From the human T2T-CHM13v2.0 reference genome, Homo sapiens: a stretch of DNA of 64,000 bases. The notes below the pieces were generated by a model. The model was not told the origin of the DNA. It worked only from the letters and a program-made list of their open reading frames with translations, and made no database searches. Location: NCBI RefSeq assembly GCF_009914755.1, contig NC_060928.1; one strand, given 5' to 3'. Positions 1-14,271 of the stretch are shown one piece after another. Within the stretch, counting starts at the first letter, position 1; each line of letters opens with the position of its first letter. The position numbers were made by a program, and so were the translations under genes.

Positions 1-565
1 TGCTGTTGGATTAGAGGGTGAGCCAGGATTGATATGCTGTAGCCAACCATTCTTTTAAATGTTTCTCTGTCCAACTTTATGTTTGTCAGGGTTGGGGAAG
101 GAGCAAACAGTAACAGAGGTTATCGTAAATATAAGAGAGATAGCTATCTTTGACAAATGAATGCTGTTAGTCTTGAATGAGTAGCTGAAGGAAGCTATGG
201 AAATTCCATCATCTTCTCCTAAATCTTCATTCTGCTCTGGATGATTAACATTTGTTTGGTATGGAGTGTCTGCTAAACTGGGGGAAAGGCTTAAAGTCAC
301 TTTATGGTTCTCAATTCAGCTCTTTCAATGTCACCCAGGGAGCAGGTTTAAAAACTTTTAAAGTACAGATAGTAACATAATTTAATGGTAAGTTATTTTA
401 GAAAAGATATATTGAGAAAAATAAGAAAATGTGTTTGCAGCGTATTTTAGCTAATTTAGGATTTATAAATGCACACTGGGTGTTCTCAGGGATTATTAAA
501 CAACATTGTATAATACGTATCTGCATCTAGTTTGGAATGCTAATGGAAGAAACTGATGTTTCTTG

Positions 566-750
566 GGTGCCCACTATGAACTAGGCACTTTGCAAATTTC
601 TTAATATACACTGGAGCATTTAATCCTTTGAGGTTGATGAAGGAACTGAGATTTTGAAAGACTTAGCCAACTTTCCCAAGGTCACACAGGTAGTAAGTGG
701 TAAGCCAATCTTATTTGAAAGTCCGTGCTCTTCTGACTACACCACTACTG
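566..750 (-). mobile_element. MIR SINE fragment
   Basis: Contains MIR core-like 'gaaggaactgag...aactttcccaaggtcacacaggtagtaagtgg' and 'ccactatgaactaggcact'. Confidence 0.7.
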
Positions 751-1034
751 TCTATTTTTTCTAGCATCGCTAGGTCTTTGCTGATAGTGAAATGTATGAT
801 ATTTGTCAAATTTATAGTATCAGATATTTAAGCAAACTCCTCACATACAGTTGTAAAGCAGCATTCTATTATTCTTAACATATATATTTACATGTCCATC
901 ACCATTGGCCTGTCCCCTATCAATCAGCTAAGCTGGTCCTGGAATTATTCCTTTATGAGATATGATAGATTCATCTTCTCCTGTCTGCTGTATGGGCTAA
1001 ATTGCAATTCATGCCCTTAAAATTTTTCACTTGA

Positions 1035-1320
1035 GGCCGGGCGCAGTGGCTTATGCCTGTAATCCCAGCACTTTGGGAGGCCGAGGCGGGCGGATCACAA
1101 GGTCAGGAGATCAAGACCAACCTGGCCAACATGGTGAAACCCCATCTCTACTAAAAACACAAAAATTAGCTGGGCGTGGTGGCATGTGCCTGTAATCCCA
1201 GATACTTGGGAGGCTGAGGTAGGAGAATCTCTTGAACCGGGAGTTGGAGATTGCGGTGAGCCGAGATTGTGCCACTGCACTCTTTTTTTTTGTAGACTCT
1301 CTCTCAAAAAAAAAAAAAAA
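1035..1320 (+). mobile_element. Alu (AluS, Sg/Sc-like), full length with altered 3' end
   Basis: GGCCGGGCGCAGTGGC start, A-rich linker, A-tail; flanking repeat ...tcacttga on both sides (imperfect TSD). Confidence 0.97.
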
Positions 1321-1843
1321 TTATCACTTGAACTGTTAACTGGTCCTTGTCGAGTCTGGACCGTGTGGAGAGAGGTGGCTAAATGAATATATCTAATCAC
1401 CATTTTCACTGTCATCCAGTCTTTCAGTTGCCTACAGATAAGTCAAAATGTCAAAATGTCTAAGGATGGCACTCAAGAATGTATACAATCTGTACCCAAC
1501 CTTCTTTTTTAGAATCACCTGCCACTACTCCCCTATCTGACCCTGGGTCCAGTGTTCTCTATCTCCACCTGTGCATGATGCTATTTCTTCTGCCGGTTTG
1601 GAACTTAACAAATCTGACCATCATGAGCTCAATGCTGATGTTAGCTCTTCTCTGAAAGCCACTCCTATTAGCTCTGAGGTGAAGAGATCTCTCCCATTTA
1701 GGCCACTTCCTATTGTCTAATCCAATTGCTTGCCATAACCATTTACTGCAAAGAATCATGAAAAGAGAACAGGTCTGACCTCCTTACCTATGATCTGTGT
1801 GACTTTAAGCAGGTCACTTTACATATAAGACTCAGTTTCCTGA

Positions 1844-2218
<375 letters not shown>

Positions 2219-2294
2219 AGCTCAATTTCTTAAGTTGTAAAATGGAGATAATAAAAGTAACTAATATAGAATTGGTGTGAGAATTAACTATGTG

Positions 2295-2680
2295 TTAATC
2301 AAGATGGGTTGGGTTATGATCCAGTAAAAATTAACCCCAAATCTTAGTACCTTAAAACTACAAAACTTTATTTCTTGCACATCCATCTCAGGCTGGCAGG
2401 AACTCTGCTCCATATTGTCCATATTCAGGGTCCTCGTCTGCCAGAGCTTTCACTGTCTGGAATAACGCAGGTCACTGTGGCAGGAGAAAGGGGTTGTAGT
2501 GAATCGTGTTGGTTCTTAAAGCTTCTGCTTAAAAGTGATGCACATCACTTCTCACATTTCATTAGCCAAGCAAATCACATGGCTACAGCTAACTTCAAAG
2601 GGGCAGGGAAGAACAATCCTACCACATACTCCAAAGAACAAGGCCCAGAAACATCAGGGAATGGTGCTAATGGTGACCAT
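2295..2680. mobile_element. MLT1-family MaLR LTR (old, MLT1J/K/L-like)
   Basis: 'gggttatgatccagtaaaaattaaccccaaatcttagt...' and 'ttcattagccaagcaaatcacatggctacagctaacttcaaagggg' resemble MLT1 LTR motifs. Confidence 0.7.
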
Positions 2681-4419
2681 ATCACAACTTGTGTTCTTTG
2701 GCAACTTTCTTATGGTACATTTCCAGTTTTATCTGTCCTTCTACAGCATAGCCTCCTTGGAGTCAGAGTGAGTTCACTACCCTGTCTGCCACGTAGTGAT
2801 CAGGACAGGTCCTCAGTTAATGTTTTGGTACATAAGGTGAACAGAGTACTACCCCAAGTGGCTTTTCCCCAAGTGTTGGAGAGGAACTTAGGTTTCTGCT
2901 CCCAGGATATATATAATTTTTGTATCCAGGAAAGTCTTTAGTAGAATATATATAATGTAACTCAAAATCAAGGTGAGGTCTTGCAAAGGACCTTATCATC
3001 TCCTGCTGTCTTTTTGCTTGAGCCCATATGGAAATATCAACTGTGAACCTGGAGGTATTAAGAGAGCCTACTCTTTAAATGCTTCATTTTTCCTCTTCTA
3101 AAGAACCATAGTCAAAGGCCAGGATCGATTTCTGATTTGTTTTAAGCAACAATATGGCTCAGGAAGAGGTGAGCACATTGTTTCAGAACTTGGGCTTGAT
3201 CAGCCTCTGAAATATGCTTGAAATCAATGTATCTGGATCTGCAGGAAGGGCTGGAAAAAAAGAAAGTTTTTGGTGTTAAGTGATTTTTAGTTGAAAATCA
3301 CCTACTGAATAGTCTGAAGTCATATATCAACATCTTACTTGCTTTTTCTTTCTAATTATGTAAGACATTTATATTGTTTTTATAGAAAAGTCAGCAAATA
3401 CAGATGAATGAAAAGAAAAAAAAAAGCACCGTAAAAGGAGAAATTACCTATAAGAAAAACATCTTAATTCCTGTCTTGGATTAATGTCTTTTAAACGAAA
3501 TATCATCTACTCTTTCACTGTTGTAGTGAATGTTTCTTACAGCACTGATCAATTAACATACTGTGTTATAGTTTCTGTCACTACATTGTAAATTTACAGA
3601 CAGTAAATTTACATCATAAGCTTGGCCTGATGTTTTCAAAGAAATTCCTTTTTATTAAACAAATTTTAAACAATACATAACAACTGTCTTTCTGTGACTT
3701 AGAATTACAAATTCCAGATGCAGGCATGGCTTTTTAAAAGTCACGAAAACAATCTTTAAGTAAACAAAATGAAGTGGCCACAAGTAAGCGGTTCCATGAG
3801 TTTATGGCTTGACGTGCAACAAGGATGAGAGAGGTGTTATGGAAAATCAAGATACTTTGAAAGAAATAGGCAAAGGGGGAGAATCTCCCCTATTGTTCAG
3901 GAGCTAGACAGAGTATCAAGTTTGGAAAATGAGTCATTTTTGTTGCTGTCAGAGCCATTCTAGGAGCCTGAGAAACTGGTGTCTGGTAGCAGGTACCCTT
4001 TACCTTTCATGCATTTAATCAGACTTCTGAAGAAGTAGGTTGGAGAGCTGGCAGCCATGGGGAGAGGGCGCCAGTGGGCATTCCCTTTGATCTGACTCCA
4101 CGACGCTATCCTCCTCTTGGCCACCCATGGATGAGAAGGTAAAGGGGTAAATGATGGGATCTCTTTTGGGGACTGACTCAATCTGGAGATAACCCTGCTT
4201 ATGACTCAACATTTCTCCTGCCTCTGGGCAGTGGGAGAGAATTTACGTCTTCGACTCCTCTGTTGATCTTTAAAAAAAAGACATGGCTGTGACCTGGATT
4301 GGCGGTATCTAATCTCCCCAAATAGACATCACAACTTGAGACCAAATAAATCAACATAGAAATGGTATATGAAATGAAATTAAAATGTAAACCGAGGGAG
4401 CTGAGCAAGATGACAACTA

Positions 4420-4520
4420 ATAATTTGTGTAAAGCATCGTACATTACTGTCATTATTACTATTATTATCTCCATTTTACAAGGAAATTGAGGCAAGAAGT
4501 GTCTTGCCCCAAATCACGTG
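4420..4520 (-). mobile_element. MIR fragment
   Basis: 'attattatctccattttacaaggaaattgaggc' core. Confidence 0.6.
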
Positions 4521-4679
4521 AAAATGATGTTTAAATTTCCTTGTAACTCAACATTTCATGTTTAGTGATCTATATTTTCTTTCCTATATATCCAAATAAT
4601 GATATTTCTTGCCTTGCCATCCACCATTTCTCTCCTTCGGACCCTATTTTCACCTCCAATCCCGCTATCTCTTCAAGAT

Positions 4680-5010
4680 CCTCTGAACATGCTGTGGATG
4701 TTATTATCTGGGCCTCTTTGGCTACACCTTTGCCCTTCTGTTTTACTCTTTTCTATATGCTTAAATCCTACTTGTTTTCTCAGGAGGACCTCAGTTCCCA
4801 CTCCTCTGTGGAGCCTTTCCTGGTCTGTCTAGCTCACAGAGATCTCTGTCACAGGAATATCTCTTCTTGTATTTGTTAGCGGCAGTGCTTACCCAGTGCT
4901 TAGTAGTGGTAATTATTTTTGTAAAAGTTTATGTGTTAAACCCCAATCTAGAGTGTAAGTTCCTACAAGGCAGAACAGCCTTGTGTATAGCAAGCTTTAA
5001 GGAACACTGG
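4680..5010 (+). mobile_element. L2 3' region fragment
   Basis: 'cactcctctgtggagcctttcctg' and 'ctagagtgtaagttcctacaaggcag' typical of L2 3' ends. Confidence 0.55.
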
Positions 5011-7699
5011 TACTTATACTTCATTATGTACCTTTCCTCATATATAAATATATAAAAAGTACTGTATACTCTTCAACCTCTAAAAGGAATGACCACATGA
5101 TTATCTCATTGTTCATATTGATATAGTTCATGCAGGAAGCTAAATCAGAACTTTCAGCCTGGGAAATATTTACCCAAGCTTAATTTTATTTAGTATTTTT
5201 TCCATTAAATGGCACATATCATGCTTCGTAACTCTTGTATACTTTATTTTGTGCCATGTACTTAAGCATCAGTAAGTTAAAATCACAGATCAGAAAGATA
5301 CATTGCCGACCACGCAAGATAACATTCTATTTCTTCGAAGTCAGGCTTCTCCCTTCGAGTTGAGCTACTATTTGATGCTATCTCTAGTTGGTTTTATCAA
5401 AGACTTCTTCAGTCCTTTTTTAGAGTCAAAATAAAGATCTGGATAAAACCCAACTATCTGTAACTTAGTCCTGTGTATTTCAAAACCTTTTGCACAAAAG
5501 GAAAATAAGGCCCCGTAACTTTAGGGCACATATGTTCTGCATATATTCTCTCCAAAGACACAGGGTCCCAAGCCTGTGTTTGCAACTTTGATAATAAAGG
5601 GTGTTTGGTGTTTCACACAGCATTTGATATTTATGGATTAATTTATCTCTAAATCTGTCTTGAGGAGACCCCAGATTTGGTAAATAGATGATCAGACCAA
5701 TTTTATGGGGAAGGACTGGAGTTTTGCCTTAAATGGGATCTTTCATAGACCAGAACCTCCAATTTGGCAACATACATTGATAAAAATAAATGAATAATTT
5801 CTTAATCTCCATTTCCCTTTGGTCTATGTCTTAATATTAGTTAATTGCCAGCAAGCAAATGATTAAAAGATGCTGTGAGGGTTTAAATTCACTTGTGAGA
5901 GGCACAAGAGGCAGGCTCAGGGCCTGAAGCGACAGGATAGATTTTTTTTTTTTTTTCTGAAGAATACATAATTGATTCTTTTTTTTTGGCTTTCTTCCTT
6001 CAAACCTACCCATTCACAGGATAATCATAATCACAGCAGTTTACATTTGCATAATGCCTTACCATTTGCTTTCACAGATTTTATTCCCACTTGATCAGAG
6101 GGTGTCTGCATTGTGCTGAGTACCTAATCTTGAAATAAATAATTTACTATATGAGGATTTAAACAGGTCTTTTAGATAAAAAGTGCATTACATATTTATG
6201 AGCACTGATTTCAAGAATCGCTTTGAAAGAACTATTGATGTTGCTTTATATTAGAGATCTGGAACTTAATCTCATTTGATTCATCCTTGATTTTATTTTT
6301 CTGAGGTTCCAAATCATGTTTGTAAATCCCTGAGGGTCTTTTTCCTCCCTGTGAGAGGAAAAATGTTTAGGCACATGTCAGGAATTTAAAAACCTTCTGC
6401 CACTATTCTCAGTATATTGGGAAAACCAATTTTCTGAAATTAAAATGGCAGTCCATTTTGCAAGGCAATAATAATGATGATGATGTTGGTAATAAAACTT
6501 AGGGGTTCTAATTCAGTACAGCAGGAGAGAGAAGATTTCAATCTATTAAAACAAAGTCCTTTGATGTCTGCTGTGAAGAGGGATCTCATAAATGGTTATT
6601 ATTTACTTTTAAAATGCATTATTGCTTGAGCATCTGTGATTTACTTTTTTATTTTTGTTGTTTATAAAGGTTATTGCCTTTAAACCAGTTCTTCTTGCAT
6701 AACCAAACCCCAAACAAACTAGGAGAAAATAAAAGACAATTGCAAGTAACTGAAATTATTTTTCAAACTCCTGGGAAGAGAAAGAAAGACTAGAATAAAC
6801 ATTGTTTCCTGATTGCTACAGTTCAAAATCACTAAAAGATTTTGCTTGCTTAAATAAAAAATGAAATTGCGAGGGGAAAGCTTTTTTTCCCTCTCTTTAA
6901 GAAGGGAGAGAGAAAAAAAAAAAAACCATGAAAGCAGGGGGAGCTTTGCAAGGCCACTGATGCCTGAGTAGAATCACTAACTGGTTCCCTCGCTCTGTGC
7001 TAGGCCGTCTGTATTCACTGTATCACAAGCTTGAAACCAGACCTCATTTGACGGAGCCAAAAAATGGTCCTTTTGTTGCTGTTTTTTTTTCCCTAGTGTC
7101 ATCTCTCATGGTTGCCTGGGCAACCAGTGTGTATCCTTTCAGCATAGGTTACTGGGCCCCAGGAAGGAAGTGCTCCAGCGCTGGCCTGCTATTTTTATAG
7201 AACCGTTACATAATACAATCTATTAAAGCTTCCTCTTGGTGTTTTATTGCACAAAGGGGAAATTAAGTTTGATGACTCCTAAATGTTGGATGGAGGATGT
7301 CAGGTGACTCTAGGATTGTTTGGCTCAGGTCACATAGCAACAGTATTCCCATATGCAATTCCAGAAGAACCCATATACAATCATGCCCTTGGCAATGTTC
7401 GCCTGCCTGGGGATCATTAGAGGAAACTGAGCTCTCTGCTGCTCAGGGGTGTAAGTTTTGTCCGACTACACAATGCTCCCTCTCTGGTAGGATGGCAGCA
7501 GACAATGAAACACTATTCACAGTTAAGGGCAAAGAGAATTTTAAAGGTGTCGCACATATGCTTTTAATAGGTGGGGTGATTACTGGCAAAGAGAATTGGA
7601 TTGAAAGACAGAGGACCAGGGTCTCTCTCAAGTCGGCCACTGCAGCATTGCATGAATGTTGTGGTCAGTTTTGCTTCTGGGTAACTCTCAAGTGGTCCA

Positions 7700-7740
7700 G
7701 GGCAGGGAGGCATTGGGACGGGATGGGGCGGGGGCGGGGG
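7700..7740 (+). promoter_or_regulatory. G-quadruplex-forming motif containing two GC boxes (GGGGCGGGG)
   Basis: GGGacGGGatGGGGcGGGGGcGGGGG at 7715-7740 plus two more GGG runs at 7700-7707; function not shown. Confidence 0.55.
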
Positions 7741-8079
7741 CTGTAATAGGTAAATGGCTTTTAAGTGGAGACCTAAGACCTCTGTAACACAACTTCAGGT
7801 ATTCTCCACTTGCCAAAGGAACCAATGGGGAATAAAAGCTCTTAGCTCCCTTTATTCCCACCTTACCAGTTACAGTTTGCCACCAGTCTGAAATAAAGAA
7901 GGTGCAAGTGTGCCGTTGGATCAGAAGCCCTGTCCTGGACCATAAATGAACCCCTGTACCCCCAGGGAGATGTAAGGCCACAAGAATTTCCTAGACTAAA
8001 GGGGTGTGAGCTGACCACATGTGCTTCTGTTTTCACATTTTCACTCTGCTATCCTATGCACCCCCATCATCTCAGCTAA

Positions 8080-8236
8080 ATCCTGAGGCCTCTGATTCTC
8101 AAATTTATGTCTCCAGCCTGCTTTTCTTCTGGGCTCAGCTGTCCTGTATTTCCAACTGCCTGCTGGAGAGCTCTTTCTGGATGTCTCATTTTGCTTCAAA
8201 CTCAACAGATTCAAATGAAAAACTCCTGTTTCTGCT
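8080..8236 (+). mobile_element. L2 fragment (interrupted by MER21 LTR)
   Basis: 'tctcaaatttatgtctccagcct...tatttccaactgcctgctgg...ggatgtctc...tcaaactcaaca'. Confidence 0.65.
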
Positions 8237-9100
8237 TGTATACTCTTTCAACACTTCTAACACCAAATGTGTGGGTTTTTTTCCCCCCACACTAACCAAT
8301 TCTCCAATTCTCAGTGGACACCAACTAGGTATCCTAAAATTTAACTTGACTCTGATCCTAATTGCCCCAAGTTAGCATGGAAGCCGCGGATTAAGAGCTC
8401 AGTCCCACAAAACCGTCTCCCACTTCAGACACCAATCATAAGTGGTGGGTCCCCAGATTACCCACGACTTCTGTCTGACTTGGCTACAAATCAGAGGTTC
8501 CTATACTCCTTTCCTTAGGTTTAATAATTTACTACAGCAGCTCACAGATCCCAGGGACAAGTTTACTTATGCTTACAGATTTATTACAATGAATATTTTA
8601 AAGGATATAAATGAATAATGAGATGAAGAGATACATAAGGTGAGGTTTGCCAGGGTCCCAAGAACAGGAGCTTCTGTCCTCATGATGCATCAGCCTCTCG
8701 ACAAAGGGATTTGTTCTTATTCACCAACCTGGAAATTCTCTGAATCCCTTCAGTTAGGGGTTTTATGGAGGCTTCCTTACATAAGCATGACTGATGAAAT
8801 CATTGGCCATTGGTGATCAGCACAACCTTCAGCTCCTCTCCCTTCCCCAGAGGTCAGGTGGTAGGGCTGAAAGTTGCAACTCTCTAATCACTTGGTTAGT
8901 TCCTCTGGCAAACAGCTTCCCCCACACCCCTTATGGACTTCCCAAAAGTTACTTTATTAACATAAACTCAGGTGTGATTAAAAGGGGCTTGTTCTGAAAA
9001 ACAGAAGATGCTACTTTCACCTTAATGAGCTCCAGAGCTGTTTCAGGAGCCAGAAACAAGGCATATATATATATATTTCTTATTATGTCACAATTTCACA
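8237..9100. mobile_element. MER21-family LTR (solo)
   Basis: TG start, CA end; 'caccaaatgtgtgggttttttcc', 'gctcagtcccacaaaaccgtctcccacttcagacacc', 'cattggccattggtgatca' match recalled MER21 consensus. Confidence 0.85.
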
Positions 9101-9199
9101 ATATCCAGCATGAAACACATTTTTTTTTTTCCCCCAATCAAAGGCTCTTGCTGACTCCCTGGTTTCCATGAATACCCACATTCAGAGAATGCTCAATTT

Positions 9200-9300
9200 T
9201 GGTGATCATCTGGTCTACCCTTTTCATTTTATAGATAAAGAAAGTGAGGCTAAAGAGGTTAAGGGATTTATTTAAGGTCACTCAAAGAGTTGGTAGCTGA
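9200..9300 (-). mobile_element. MIR fragment
   Basis: 'cattttatagataaagaaagtgaggctaaagaggttaagggatttatttaaggtcac'. Confidence 0.65.
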
Positions 9301-9916
9301 AGGACCCTGCTTTATGGTGGGCCCCTCTCCATTCTTCTCTGCCTATTTCACCTGGGCTTGATATCCCTAGGAATTGTGAGCACTTCTCCTGCACCTAGTC
9401 TTATCAATCCTCTTTCATGATCTCTGATAATTGAGTCTTTCTTTCCCATTTCCACTCTTATCTCAATAACTGAGCCTTACTTACATAAAGCCTAGACTAT
9501 TTAGTTTCCCAATCGGTTGCTCTACCCCTTGAATCAGTATTGAACTTTACTTCTGGAATAATCTCCAACTTTATCATGTCACTTTATTATGCAAATACTT
9601 TTGATTGTTTATACTATATTAAAGTCCAAATTTAACTCTCCATAATCTGATTCCCTCTCACCCTTTCAACTTGCCTTTCTAGATTTAGTGTCCAGCAAAA
9701 TCAGTGGCTCTTTATTTGGTAAAGTTTATTTTATTTACTGTTTTCTTTTTTACAGGTCAGAGATTTATTGACTGCTTTCCTTTTTTAATTTTATTGCTTC
9801 AGACAGTATGATTTCTGATGAAATATCTCCAATCTTCATTCTGTAGAGCTTCCAGAAAATAAAAAATAATATGGAGTTGATAGAATGGTAATGAACATTT
9901 GGTGCACATCTTTAAA

Positions 9917-10068
9917 TTTTTTTTTTAATTTTAATTTTTGTTTTTACAGATTTTAGCAGTACCAGTGCAGTTTTGGTACATGGGTATATTGTGTAGTGGT
10001 GAAGTCTGGGCTTTTAGTGTACCCATCACCCAAATAGTGAACATTGTACCCAATAAGTAACCTTTCAA
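9917..10068 (-). mobile_element. L1 3'-UTR end (L1PB/L1MA-like), 5' truncated
   Basis: T-rich tail then 'gtgcagttttggtacatgggtatattgtgtagtggtgaagtctgggcttttagtgtacccatcaccc'; atcttta repeated at both flanks. Confidence 0.85.
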
Positions 10069-10079
10069 CAAATCTTTAG

Positions 10080-10550
10080 TCACTCATTCAAAACATTTCA
10101 TTGAGTATTTACATTATGCTCAAGTGGTGACCAAGAAGGATATGGCTCCTACTATCTTGAATGTATAAACATAGAAGGGAGGCATTACATAAAAATTACA
10201 TAGCCATTAAATATATGATTATACAAAGAATGAATTTACCACAAAATGAGAGTTTTAAGGGCTATGAAACACAAGTTAGAGTGCATGAGAGCAAATAATG
10301 GTGAGGAGTTGGGTAAGAGTGGGCTTTAAAATGTAGACTGGGAATTCAGGGAAGAATTTCTCAAGCAAGAATTTCCATTTCCACCAAAACATGAAGAATG
10401 AGATCAAGTTGGAGAAGCAAAGAGAGTGGATGAGGGAAGAAGAAGGGTTGATTCAGGCAGAGGGATTAGTGTGGTGAAAGGAAGAAAGGATCTAGAAGTT
10501 TTGCAGCGACTGAGAAGAGGGTGGAATGCTGAGCCTGCAGACAGTGGGGG
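10080..10550 (-). mobile_element. L2 3' fragment
   Basis: 'cactcattcaaaacatttcattgag...' followed by purine-rich L2 antisense sequence. Confidence 0.55.
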
Positions 10551-12028
10551 AAATTATTGAGTATTGTATATAAAAAGCTTTGAGAAAGTGCACCCTGACA
10601 GCACCTCATCTCTCTGCAGAATTTCCAGTGTATAATAAGTCAAAGCTTTTGTTTTTAGGGAAAGCCTTCTATTTTGTAAAATTTCTACTTAGAGAAGAAT
10701 ATACAAATAATTATGTATTAATAACAGTGTTTACTTTCTTTGTTTTAGAGATGTAATGAATTAGTGGATTGGGGATTGGGTTTGAGCATTCCTCAAACCA
10801 CTGGCTTTTTTAGTAAAGTTAAATTTATTATGGTTTCTTATTCTAGGAATTTGACCTTATTTTCCCTATGGGAAGAAGTGGGTTCTTTTGTGTGTGTTTT
10901 AGTTTTTTTAAGTGCAAGCTCAATCTCAAGAAATAGCTGGCTCACCCTGGAATAGTGGACGAAGGGAACTTCTAATTATTTAACTTTGATCCATTTAAGG
11001 AAGACAACATGACTTCTTAGATTAGGTGATTAAAACAGTCTTTTATTTCTATAAATTCATTTGAGGTAATGGAAGAAAGTAGAAGATACATAAAAGGTGG
11101 GGGTTTAAAACTTGAAGATATAATTAAAATTCTTTTTCTTAAAAACTTTGACCTAAAAAAGCTACCCTACGCAGCAGAGGAAAAATAATGGAGCTGGAAT
11201 GAGGTACGTGACTCTGTTCTATTCCTGTCAACAGGAAGGATGGAGAACATTTTTTTTTTTCTCCCTTTGGCAAGCTTGCCTCCCAGCTTCCTATGGTTGG
11301 AAATGGGCAATAAATGGCAGGGTATCCAGTGATCTCTTTCTAGGCCTCCTGGTTACTAGCATTGGCAAGGACACTACTCTCCTTTTCTTTCTTATTTTTA
11401 GAGTGTTCTCTTTTTTTCCTTTATTTCCTTTTCAGGCTTGTGGGGAAAGCAAGGGCCTGTCATTATCAGGGAGTGAGGTGAACCACAGGGGCTGGTTTCC
11501 CAAGAATCCGGACCCAGCTGCCAACCTAGTGGGTCAGAGTCATCATCTTTATTACTGAGGGCGGTTTTCCTGTGAAAGTGAGACTTCCTTTCATTTAACA
11601 CTCAGATGGTCATGGGAGCTGTTACATTTCTCCCTCTATCAGTTAATGAGAAAATAGACTATTCATCCTTATTCGCTTCTGCAAATAATGCCCTATGGTT
11701 TAACTGCAAAGCAAAGTGCTAATTAGTTTCTGAAGATGAGAAGTCATTACATTTTCTCTGGTGTTTTATAGTGATTTACCAAATACTTTTTGGTGGATTT
11801 GGCGAAGAGCAGGATTTTCCCCCTTCTACTAATAAACAGAAGAAGTAATCTATCATTTAAAAAGGCTTTAGAATTCCTGAAAGAGAAATTTGTTGCAACT
11901 TGTAGGTTTGGGTCAGACTGAGTTTATCTGGAGAGGCTAAAAGAGGGAGAAACAACAAGGATAATAATAGTTTTCTAGTTGATGACAATCTGCTTCAATA
12001 CATATTAAATGCAATCAATATATAATCA

Positions 12029-12391
<363 letters not shown>

Positions 12392-12862
12392 TTATCTTTG
12401 GGGGACACTCTTTATTGGGGGGGACCAATTTCCTCAGGGCAAACTAAACAGAATCCACTCACCCATTTTATTTTATATTAAAGTGCAATGACCCCTTTTC
12501 AATGACTGGATTCTGTAACTAAGTGTGAACCTACAGCGCCTGGATACTTGAGTTTGATTTTCCCACTTTCTTGGCTGGAGGTGCATTGCTTCCTCTGAAG
12601 AGTTACGTCTCCTATTTATTGTTCCAGTCTTGTGAAGTATTTGAACATCATTTGAAAGACTGTGGTAGAGAGCTGTGAAAAATTAGATAATTGATGTTCT
12701 GACTAGCCCAAGGGTGAAGAAAGTGTTTTTCTGTCCAAGTATATTGTATTTAGGTGACAGGATATTGTGCCTCTACCTCCTGGTGGCTGGAAGGAGGTAG
12801 TTTAATAGGTGTCTGGTATTATGTTTTAAAATACTGTTGTCATATGAGTCCCTTGGTTTTAA

Positions 12863-13320
<458 letters not shown>

Positions 13321-13854
13321 TGAGAGTGACATATACTTTCTCTATGGCTACTTCTTTGTACTCTGCTTGTTTGGACAAATGAAAACCATACAATTTTATA
13401 GAATCTTTGCTTTATTGTCCACTGGTGACATTAATAGTTGTCTGAGATTGACAAAAATTTCTAAGACCAGCAACTAACTTTTCTAAGGCTCACGCTTTTT
13501 CAGACCTCTCTGTTTTGTGGAATATGATTATCAGTGCTTTTGGGTGTTAGCCAACCAAGATGGGCCAAGAATTTTAACCATCTTTAATTCCATTATTAGG
13601 AATAAATCTAAAGTCTCAGAAGTTCAGACCTGAAAGCTACTTTAAAGATGTTGTCTAATTTATTATTATGCAGATAAGAAAAGAGAAAGGTGAAGGGTCT
13701 CAGATAAAGCCACATAGTGTGAATGCCAGGTTGCAGGCTAGCTGTCATATTGGGACCTGCATTGTACTATGTGACAGTATCTATGTAAAGAAGCTCACAC
13801 CTCACAGAAGCCTGGTACTTGGCCAGATGTTTTATAGATAAGATGACGTTGACA

Positions 13855-14060
13855 GAGTCCCAGTTTGAATCCTTCTGCTACCTCTTAATAGCAATGTGAC
13901 TTTGCAAGTATATTGAACCTCTTTAAGCCTCATTATTTTCTCAGTTGTAAAAGTATGATAATAATCTCTACCTCTTAGGATCATTGTGGAGATTAGATCA
14001 GGCAATTGATGTAAAAAATTTAGCCCATAGTAAGTACTCTCAAAATGTTAGTTATTATTG
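13855..14060 (+). mobile_element. MIR
   Basis: 'tttgaatccttctgctacctctta...tgtgactttgcaagt...aacctctttaagcctca...tgtaaaa...' to 'aaatgttagttattatt'. Confidence 0.8.
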
Positions 14061-14248
14061 GGCTCAATTTCATTAATCATTTAATCTGTTTTAAAACCAT
14101 TGTGTTATAAATTCTAACTATCAACCTAGTAACCTCCTAGGATTTCGCCCCATTCATCCAATATTTTTATTAAACATCTACTATGTGTAAGACACTGTGC
14201 TGAGTCCTTGGCAAAATAGAAATATGAATAAGAAGTAATTCTGGCCCT

Positions 14249-14271
14249 CTGTGTGTGTGTGTGTGTGTGTA
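14249..14271. repeat. (TG)n microsatellite
   Basis: About 11 TG units seen directly. Confidence 0.95.

Noticed and set aside
2375-2941. 188-aa ORF
   Set aside because: Non-ATG start, overlaps an MLT1 LTR, no recognisable domain
7297-7746. 149-aa ATG ORF in unique sequence
   Set aside because: No recognisable protein family, coding-like composition or splice context; ORFs of this length occur by chance
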